Shown here one piece after another: positions 1 to 5,150 of a stretch of DNA of 10,156 bases. The DNA lies in NCBI GenBank assembly GCA_017958565.1, contig JAGDCJ010000019.1, positions 1-10,156 on the forward strand, given 5' to 3'. The stretch's first letter is position 1. Each line of letters opens with the position of its first letter. This DNA is from Opitutales bacterium (GTDB lineage: Bacteria; Verrucomicrobiota; Verrucomicrobiia; Opitutales; UBA9783). The notes under the pieces are model-generated. The model saw only the letters and a list, made by a program, of their open reading frames with translations, was not told where the DNA came from and did no database searches. A program made the position numbers and the translations under genes.

Positions 1-126
1 AGCTACCTGCTTCTCCACTAAAGCGTTTGTGCAATAATTGCAACGCCCTTGCTTGTCAAATCGAATCGTTTTGTCCGATGCGTCGTTCATTACGCATCGC
101 GTGCATGTCTTTATCGAAGGTTCCAT
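1..126 (-). CDS. N-acetyl-sugar amidotransferase-like PP-loop enzyme (WbpG/PseA type); N-terminal 42 codons only, continues past the left window edge
   Basis: Absent from the ORF track because it runs off the window. Hand translation of the reverse strand from the ATG at 126-124 gives MEPSIKTCTRCVMNDASDKTIRFDKQGRCNYCTNALVEKQVA, in frame to position 1. It has a CxxC-x17-CxxC zinc-ribbon N-terminus with an I-x-FD-xx-G-x-C-N-x-C pattern, which I recall from LPS/capsule N-acetyl-sugar amidotransferases. A GGGAG Shine-Dalgarno (135-139, reverse strand) lies 8 nt before the ATG. The gene starts 24 nt after the glycosyltransferase stop, which fits the glycan context. Confidence 0.5.
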   Translation of the reverse strand, partial: MEPSIKTCTRCVMNDASDKTIRFDKQGRCNYCTNALVEKQVA

Positions 127-150
127 TCTCTATTCTCCCTACCTTAAAAA

Positions 151-1260
151 TTAATCAATCTTTTTCAAGTATAAATTTCGTAAAAATTGTAAAAAGGGAT
201 TGATTTGCTTCTCAAAATGGTAGGTTTCTTCAAATGCCCTTCGTCCATTAGTTCCCAATGTTCGGCATAAATCTTTATCCTCATACAATCGATCGATTCC
301 TACTGCTAAGGATTTTGCGTTCGGTTCAACACAAATTCCGATCGATTCCTTTTGTAAAATCACTTCTCGATAAAAAGAATAATGATTCGGTGCGATTACG
401 GGTAACCCCATTGCCATATATTCATACAATTTAATCGGTGAAAAATTTCTCTTTAAATTTATATGAGGCTTAAAATTCAAAATGCTAGCAAAGCAATCTT
501 TTGCAAGTATTCGCGTGGATTCTATATCGAGATATCCTTTATATTCTACTTTTCTCCATACAGACATTTTTTTGCAACGTTCATAAAATTCATGCAATTC
601 AAAATTTCCACCTAAAATCAATCGAATGTCCTGTTTGCATTCTTCTAAAGCTTCCAAAATAATCGAAAATCCACGCCTTTCACTAATATTCCCCACATAT
701 AAAATATAATTGGCAGCATCAAGAATTGGAAATACCGTCGGAAATTGCTTGATTCGAGCATAATTGCTTAAAACAAAAGAGTGAGGACAAAAACATTCGG
801 TTTGTTGATCGCTACACGCAAGAATTAATCCGCTTAGACGTCTAGGGATTCTCCAAAATAAAAATTGAAAACAGTTTTTTAAAAAAAATTTTCTCCACTT
901 TGATAGGTTCGGTGCGTTTTCTATCTCTTCTAAATAATACTCGTGAGAAGAAAATATTACTTGCCCGCATTTTTTTAGAAATAAAGCAATGGGTAACAAT
1001 TCCGGGTCATGTAATACGTAAAGATCGGCTTGTATTGATTTCGCTTTTTTATATAAAGCAAGCAATATGAAAATTCCTCGGATAATGCGTATTTTACGCT
1101 GTTTTACTCCATGAAAATGAATGCCATCTTTGATTTCATCCTTTTGGTTATCCGCTACAACAAAATGAACCTCATATTCTTCTTTTTCAGCAAAACATTC
1201 TCTGCCAATACCTTTATCCCAACGAAGGCGATTTCGCGTTATGTTACAAATTTTTTTCAC
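151..1260 (-). CDS. GT-B fold glycosyltransferase (GT4/GT1-like)
   Basis: 369-aa ORF. The C-terminal domain carries ...PIKLYEYMAMGLPVIAPN..., matching the conserved lEamA-G-PVI helix of GT1/GT4 enzymes. YVGNISERRGF marks the start of the C-domain. The N-terminus KICNITRNRL..D...E..YEVHFV resembles GT4 N-domains. The start codon is GTG (cac at 1258-1260), 3 nt after the upstream stop. There is no nearby in-frame ATG. Confidence 0.85.
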   Translation of the reverse strand: MKKICNITRNRLRWDKGIGRECFAEKEEYEVHFVVADNQKDEIKDGIHFHGVKQRKIRIIRGIFILLALYKKAKSIQADLYVLHDPELLPIALFLKKCGQVIFSSHEYYLEEIENAPNLSKWRKFFLKNCFQFLFWRIPRRLSGLILACSDQQTECFCPHSFVLSNYARIKQFPTVFPILDAANYILYVGNISERRGFSIILEALEECKQDIRLILGGNFELHEFYERCKKMSVWRKVEYKGYLDIESTRILAKDCFASILNFKPHINLKRNFSPIKLYEYMAMGLPVIAPNHYSFYREVILQKESIGICVEPNAKSLAVGIDRLYEDKDLCRTLGTNGRRAFEETYHFEKQINPFLQFLRNLYLKKID

Positions 1261-1263
1261 GCA

Positions 1264-1731
1264 TTATTTGCTCTCATCAAACTTACCGTTTTTCTCTTTT
1301 AATTTCGAAAAATTTCTCAATAAATCGCTGGTATCTGATAAGGAATTCCACAGATCTTTTGTGATGGTCATCGGTTTATTCATGCCAATGCTTAACAAAA
1401 TTGCATCGCTGGGACGAACATCCATTTCGATCGTACGTAAGCAACCTCCGGATTGTTGACAAATAACTTTTGAAAAAAAAGTTCCTTTGTCGGCATGATA
1501 GATCACGATATTTCGAATCGATGCCTCCAATCCGCACAAAAGGTATCGAAGAAAGTCAGGCGTTAAGGGTCGCGATTGAGTAGGTTCGGTAAATGCAAAA
1601 CGAATTTGTTCGCCCATCACGGAATCTACGTAAATCAAAAAAGTTTTGATATCATTCCCTAAAAAGAGGCACGTACCTGACGACGTCATCACTACCTGTT
1701 TTAAATAGATTGCGATATCCGCAACTTTCAT
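1264..1731 (-). CDS. Bifunctional nuclease family protein (DUF151/BFN)
   Basis: ...SRPLTPDFLRYLL... and ...MDVRPSDAILLSIGMNKPM... match the two hallmark DUF151 blocks (RPLTHDLL and D-x-RPSDAIALAL, recalled from memory). The ORF-track start at 1746 is a GTG with no SD. The ATG at 1731-1729 forms an ATGA overlap with the upstream TGA stop (1728-1730), so I prefer 1731. The alternative span is 1264..1746. Confidence 0.8.
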   Translation of the reverse strand: MKVADIAIYLKQVVMTSSGTCLFLGNDIKTFLIYVDSVMGEQIRFAFTEPTQSRPLTPDFLRYLLCGLEASIRNIVIYHADKGTFFSKVICQQSGGCLRTIEMDVRPSDAILLSIGMNKPMTITKDLWNSLSDTSDLLRNFSKLKEKNGKFDESK

Positions 1732-2579
1732 AGGATCCGAATCCACCCACGATCTGGAACTTCTGGTTGAATCGAACGCCCATCCGCTTGTTCAATGACT
1801 AACCGATTTCCATTTGAAAAAGCAATTTGCAAAGCCCCTTCTTGTGGAATGGATTTTCGCTCGCCTTTCTGTAAAATTCCGGAAAATACCGTTTTCTTGC
1901 CTTCCTCTGTGCGTACAAAGACTTGAACCGTATCCGAAGCAACCAACGTCAGCATTCGTACAGCCGCGCTTTTTTCTTTTGTAGAAGAAGGAAGGCTTTG
2001 GTCGATAGAAGATGTCGGTAGTATTTCGGTTTTTATCGCACTTTCTCGCTCTAAAGCGGGTAAAATTTCCACCTCATCCACAACGGCATGAGATACGGAT
2101 GTTTCGGGATTTTTGCTTTTTTTGCTGGAACAGCGGCACAAAAGGAGCAAAGCGAATAAAACAAGCAATCCATACCAAAAGCGCTTGTCGCGAATTATTT
2201 TTTGGAAATCGATACTTGTTCTCGGGAACTTTGTTTCACTGTTTCCATTTGCCCCTGATACCTCCGGGTTATCGCGAACATTTTCTTCACCTGACTCAAA
2301 TTCCAAATGTCCCAATGGAGGGAAAAGGTTCGGTTTCGTTTCTCCCATGAAGGTCTCATATTCCGCTAAAAAAGCCGCTGTGTTGACATCCAAAAACTTC
2401 ACATAGGAGGTAAAAAAGCCACGCGCGTAAATTTTCGGCAATGGAATGTTAAAATCGTTTGCTTCAAATTTTTCTAAAATTTCTTTGGAAATATTGGTTT
2501 TGGCCGCCACTTCTTCCAAAGATATCCCTTTTTGGATCCGAGCTTGCTGCAAACGTTCCCCAAACGTAGACTGTGTCAT
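1728..2579 (-). CDS. rodZ: RodZ-like cytoskeleton/morphogenesis protein (N-terminal XRE-type HTH, single TM, C-terminal DUF4115)
   Basis: MTQSTFGERLQQARIQKGISLEEVAAKTNISKEILEKFEANDFNIPLPKIYARGFFTSYVKFL is the RodZ-type HTH plus the lp..vY.rGFlr.Ya motif. One hydrophobic helix follows (FWYGLLVLFALLLLC). The C-terminal beta-rich block (RMLTLVASDTVQVFVRTEEGKKTVFSGILQKGERKSIPQEGALQIAFSNGNRLVIE) looks like DUF4115. The start is uncertain. The ATG at 2579 puts the HTH at the usual distance from the N-terminus. The ATG at 2669 would add 30 aa. The ORF-track start at 2789 is TTG and overlaps rpsU by 100 nt, so I rejected it. Confidence 0.75.
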   Translation of the reverse strand: MTQSTFGERLQQARIQKGISLEEVAAKTNISKEILEKFEANDFNIPLPKIYARGFFTSYVKFLDVNTAAFLAEYETFMGETKPNLFPPLGHLEFESGEENVRDNPEVSGANGNSETKFPRTSIDFQKIIRDKRFWYGLLVLFALLLLCRCSSKKSKNPETSVSHAVVDEVEILPALERESAIKTEILPTSSIDQSLPSSTKEKSAAVRMLTLVASDTVQVFVRTEEGKKTVFSGILQKGERKSIPQEGALQIAFSNGNRLVIEQADGRSIQPEVPDRGWIRIL

Positions 2580-2643
2580 CTCTTTTACGATAGCTTCTTT
2601 ACCTTTTTTTGCAAGGATTTTGATAAAAAACTGCACAAAAAGC

Positions 2644-2672
2644 TTGACGGTGCTCTCAGAGAAGCGCATGGT
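2644..2672 (+). promoter_or_regulatory. Candidate sigma70-type promoter for rpsU-rsmA
   Basis: TTGACG (2644-2649) is followed by a 17-nt spacer and a weak -10 CATGGT (2667-2672). This would give a roughly 10-nt leader carrying AAGGA (2683-2687) before the ATG at 2690. The -10 is poor. A better hexamer, GATAAT (2675-2680), has no matching -35. Confidence 0.3.
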
Positions 2673-2689
2673 AGGATAATTGAAGGAAT

Positions 2690-2890
2690 ATGCTGGTAGA
2701 AGTAAAAATTCACAAAGGAGAGACCATTGAAAAAGCCTTGCGTCGATTAAAGCGCAAATTGGATCGAGAGAACATTTTGCGCGATGCAAAAGATAAGCGC
2801 TACTTTGAACCTCCTTGTGAAAAGCGCCGACGCAAGAAAAAGATTGCTGCGTTCAACAATATGCTACGCCAAAAATATGACTTTTTATAA
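2690..2890 (+). CDS. rpsU: 30S ribosomal protein S21
   Basis: The 66-aa basic protein MLVEVKIHKGETIEKALRRLKRKLDRENILRDAKDKRYFEPPCEKRRRKKK... matches the S21 signature (V.V..ge.ie.ALRrfKRk..k.gil.e.r.r.fyekPs.kr+rk). It has an ATG start with AAGGA just upstream. Confidence 0.93.
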   Translation: MLVEVKIHKGETIEKALRRLKRKLDRENILRDAKDKRYFEPPCEKRRRKKKIAAFNNMLRQKYDFL

Positions 2891-2901
2891 AAGTCATTGA
2901 A

Positions 2902-3723
2902 ATGGCTCTTTCTCTTTCCGAAACAAAAGAGATTTTGCAATTATTAAGGGTGCGCCCAAAACGAAAGTGGGGGCAAAATTTTTTAATTGATCCGCAAATT
3001 GTCCACCGATCGATCGAATGGGCACATCTTTCTCCAAACGAAATGGTTGTAGAAATCGGCCCCGGTTGCGGAACCTTAACCAATCAGTTGGTTTCCGCAC
3101 AAGCGCGCGTATTTGCGGTCGAAAAAGAAGCGGCGTTTGCTTCTTATCTGTCGCAGCAGTTTCCCATCGATTGTTTACAAGGGGATGCTCTCAAATATCC
3201 ACTGGGGCGTTTCCAACCTTCCGTGCCATACAAAGTGGTTGCCAATTTACCTTACGCGATTACAAGTGTTTGGCTGGATACTATTTTGGAACAGAGCCGC
3301 TTACCCGAAATCATGGTTCTGCTGATACAAAAAGAGGCTGCGAATCGTTGGTTGGCTGCAGCCGGTACAAAGCATTTCAGTGCTTTAAGCATCTCTTTAC
3401 AAGCAGCGTACACCTTACAACAGAAGTGCAATGTAAGTAAACGTTGCTTTTATCCGCAACCAAAGGTCGATTCCATGCTCATATGCCTTCAAAAACGAAC
3501 CGATGGATGGATTTTTCCCAAAAATTTTAAGCAATGGATGCGCAATGTTTTTCTGCATCGACGGCAACAGTTTGCGCGAGTTTGCAAAAAAATTCCTTCA
3601 CAGTTTGCCGAACCCTTCCTTACCTTTCTTGCATCGCAGGGAATTCCCCAAACAGTACGTGCAGAAGCTATTCCCTTGGAGCGATGGGTTCAATTCGCGA
3701 AAACCATAGCACCGAAAGTTTAA
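2902..3723 (+). CDS. rsmA: 16S rRNA (adenine1518-N6/adenine1519-N6)-dimethyltransferase RsmA/KsgA
   Basis: The 273-aa protein has the N-terminal KRKWGQNFLID motif, the SAM motif I VVEIGPGCGTLT (3049-3081) and the N6-adenine methyltransferase motif IV NLPY (3244-3255). The ATG lies 11 nt after the rpsU stop. Confidence 0.93.
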   Translation: MALSLSETKEILQLLRVRPKRKWGQNFLIDPQIVHRSIEWAHLSPNEMVVEIGPGCGTLTNQLVSAQARVFAVEKEAAFASYLSQQFPIDCLQGDALKYPLGRFQPSVPYKVVANLPYAITSVWLDTILEQSRLPEIMVLLIQKEAANRWLAAAGTKHFSALSISLQAAYTLQQKCNVSKRCFYPQPKVDSMLICLQKRTDGWIFPKNFKQWMRNVFLHRRQQFARVCKKIPSQFAEPFLTFLASQGIPQTVRAEAIPLERWVQFAKTIAPKV

Positions 3724-3758
3724 ACGATTGCACGAAAACCATTTCCGAGCATTTCCCC

Positions 3759-3788
3759 TTGACGAAACTGCTCCTTTTTTCATACTAA
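3759..3788 (+). promoter_or_regulatory. Candidate sigma70-type promoter for tRNA-Gly
   Basis: A -35 TTGACG (3759-3764) is followed by a 16-18 nt spacer and a -10 CATACT/TACTAA (3781-3788). The tRNA 5' end is at 3800, so the predicted transcription start falls a few nt upstream of the mature end. Confidence 0.45.
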
Positions 3789-3799
3789 AAACGATTCAG

Positions 3800-3875
3800 G
3801 CGAGCATAGCTCAGTTGGTAGAGCGCCACCTTCCCAAGGTGGAAGTCGAGAGTTCGAGACTCTCTGCTCGCTCCA
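3800..3875 (+). tRNA. tRNA-Gly (anticodon CCC), CCA encoded
   Basis: A hand-folded cloverleaf fits throughout. Acceptor stem: GCGAGCA/TGCTCGC. D-stem: GCTC/GAGC with loop AGTTGGTA. Anticodon stem: CCACC/GGTGG with loop TTCCCAA (CCC at 3833-3835). Variable loop: 5 nt. T-stem: GAGAG/CTCTC with loop TTCGAGA. Discriminator: U, followed by CCA. Total length is 76 nt. Confidence 0.92.
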
Positions 3876-3935
3876 ATATTTGCAAAAAATTTTTGGATCA
3901 AATCCGGACCTCAAACCATCAGACGACCAGTACAA

Positions 3936-5138
3936 TTACACTTCCTTTCCGAACCAAGAAGCAAAGCGCTGCCAAAAAGAGAGAAAAACGGGCGCATTTT
4001 TTGTGGATTGTAATGCGTATTGTAATAGCCCCACGCTCGTTGCATAAGAGGGAGATTTTAACGCAGTATCTACGGTTGCAATTGCGCCACGAACGCAAGT
4101 ATCGCAATGGAAAGAAGCAGCTGCAACTTTTTCGATCCCTTTTAATAACGATCCTCCTCCGGTTAAAACAACCCCGGCAAGCAACAGGCGACCGATGTCT
4201 TCTTCTCCGGTGCATTTTACAATGTAATCGAATAATTCCTGCGCGCGCGCGTAGAGAATTGTATGCAAGTGTTTCCTTTTTACCCTTTTATCTCCAATCG
4301 AACGATCGCCGACTACCCAAATTTCCGCAGAATTTTCTGGATTTGCCAACTCAGGGATACCCTGTTCACACTTTAAGCGCTCTGCGTCGGCTTCTGAAAT
4401 GCGCAAGCCCGAGCACAAATCGTACGTAAAATTTTTCCCACCCACCGACAAAGTTCCCATTACAACCGGCGTGTTATGTTGATAAACCACAAAATCGGTC
4501 ATTTGTGCACCGATATCGATCACACAAACGCCATTTTCGCGCTCTATCGAGGTAGTGGTTGCCAATGCCGAAGCGATTCCGGAAAAAACTAAATATTTTA
4601 CACGAAAACCAAATTGGTTCACCGTATACAACTGATCCCGAATCGGCTGCGTTTTCCCAAATAACATTTGATAATGCGCCGTGATCTGGTTGGCAGAATG
4701 GCCGACTGGATGTTCCACACGGGTATCGTTAATGACATAAAATTGATGGCATGTATGTATCGACACGGTATCTTCCGGCAATTCTTTTTTCTCCGCCAAT
4801 TGACGCAACTGCTCCAAATTTTGTTGCGTAATACAATGCCGAAACCCTGGTAGGGGCAGCATCATTTCGTAAGACATGCCTTGCAAGTGACTGCCACTTT
4901 GGGATAAACAGACCGTATGGGGCAAGGTTCCAAATCGATGCGATAATTCGGTACAAAATCGCTGAAGGGCTTTGGTTAATTTTTTTGCGTCCTCAATACG
5001 GCCCTTTTGAATGCCAACCGATGGAATTTGCGCATGGCCGATCAATCGGAACTGCTGCTGAACCGCTTCGCACAACAAAAAAGTAATCTTCCGCGATCCA
5101 AGATCAAATGCGCCCAGTTGGTTGCGTTGGGAAATCAT
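3936..5138 (-). CDS. ftsA: Cell division protein FtsA (actin-like ATPase fold)
   Basis: The 400-aa protein is collinear by eye with E. coli FtsA as I recall it. LGAFDLGSRKITFLL corresponds to phosphate-1. ERENGVCVIDIGAQMTDFVVY aligns to ERELGVCVVDIGGGTMDIAVY. LLAGVVLTGGGSLLKGI aligns to LAAGIVLTGGAAQIEGL. SPSYATSVGLLQYA aligns to EPYYSTAVGLLHYG. The C-terminal amphipathic membrane-targeting helix FLSFWQRFASWFGKEV (3939-3989) aligns to GSWIKRLNSWLRKEF. The start is ATG. Confidence 0.9.
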   Translation of the reverse strand: MISQRNQLGAFDLGSRKITFLLCEAVQQQFRLIGHAQIPSVGIQKGRIEDAKKLTKALQRFCTELSHRFGTLPHTVCLSQSGSHLQGMSYEMMLPLPGFRHCITQQNLEQLRQLAEKKELPEDTVSIHTCHQFYVINDTRVEHPVGHSANQITAHYQMLFGKTQPIRDQLYTVNQFGFRVKYLVFSGIASALATTTSIERENGVCVIDIGAQMTDFVVYQHNTPVVMGTLSVGGKNFTYDLCSGLRISEADAERLKCEQGIPELANPENSAEIWVVGDRSIGDKRVKRKHLHTILYARAQELFDYIVKCTGEEDIGRLLLAGVVLTGGGSLLKGIEKVAAASFHCDTCVRGAIATVDTALKSPSYATSVGLLQYALQSTKNAPVFLSFWQRFASWFGKEV

Positions 5139-5150
5139 TTAGAAGAAGCG

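Noticed and set aside
875-892. T6-A8-T4 tract in the glycosyltransferase (T8 on the coding strand) as a possible phase-variation switch
   Set aside because: Similar 7-8 nt A/T runs occur elsewhere in this AT-leaning window, in unrelated genes (for example 1473-1480 in the DUF151 gene and 2604-2610). The tract is therefore not distinctive. Phase-variable tracts are usually longer.
2012-2679. Plus-strand ORFs (112, 97 and 77 aa) antisense to the rodZ-like gene, and 1111-1459 antisense to the GT and DUF151 genes
   Set aside because: These are shadow ORFs opposite genes with clear family motifs. They have no independent support.
2670-2789. ORF-track 353-aa version of the rodZ-like gene, starting at 2789
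   Set aside because: The start codon is TTG (caa at 2787-2789). The extension runs antisense through the first 100 nt of the well-supported rpsU gene. The extra residues (MHRAKCSLDPICALIDARLFQW...) show no HTH or family features.
3018-3440. 140-aa and 70-aa plus-strand alternative-frame ORFs within rsmA
   Set aside because: They are off-frame inside a gene with clear KsgA motifs. They have no start context or recognisable features.
3891-3908. GGAT-caa-ATCC hairpin, flanked by A/T runs, as a bidirectional terminator between tRNA-Gly and ftsA
   Set aside because: The stem has only 4 Watson-Crick pairs (plus wobble) and is too weak to call an intrinsic terminator. The neighbouring CAAAAAATTTTTG palindrome is AT-only.
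4241-4251. Alternating GCGCGCGCGCG run inside ftsA
   Set aside because: It is only 11 nt, it simply encodes YARAQ in frame, and it sits in an essential-type gene. There is no evidence of slippage or regulatory function.
3728-4429. 233-aa plus-strand ORF
   Set aside because: It reads straight through the tRNA-Gly gene and then runs antisense to the strongly supported ftsA. The translation is low-complexity and R/L/K-rich with no motifs. It is a shadow ORF.
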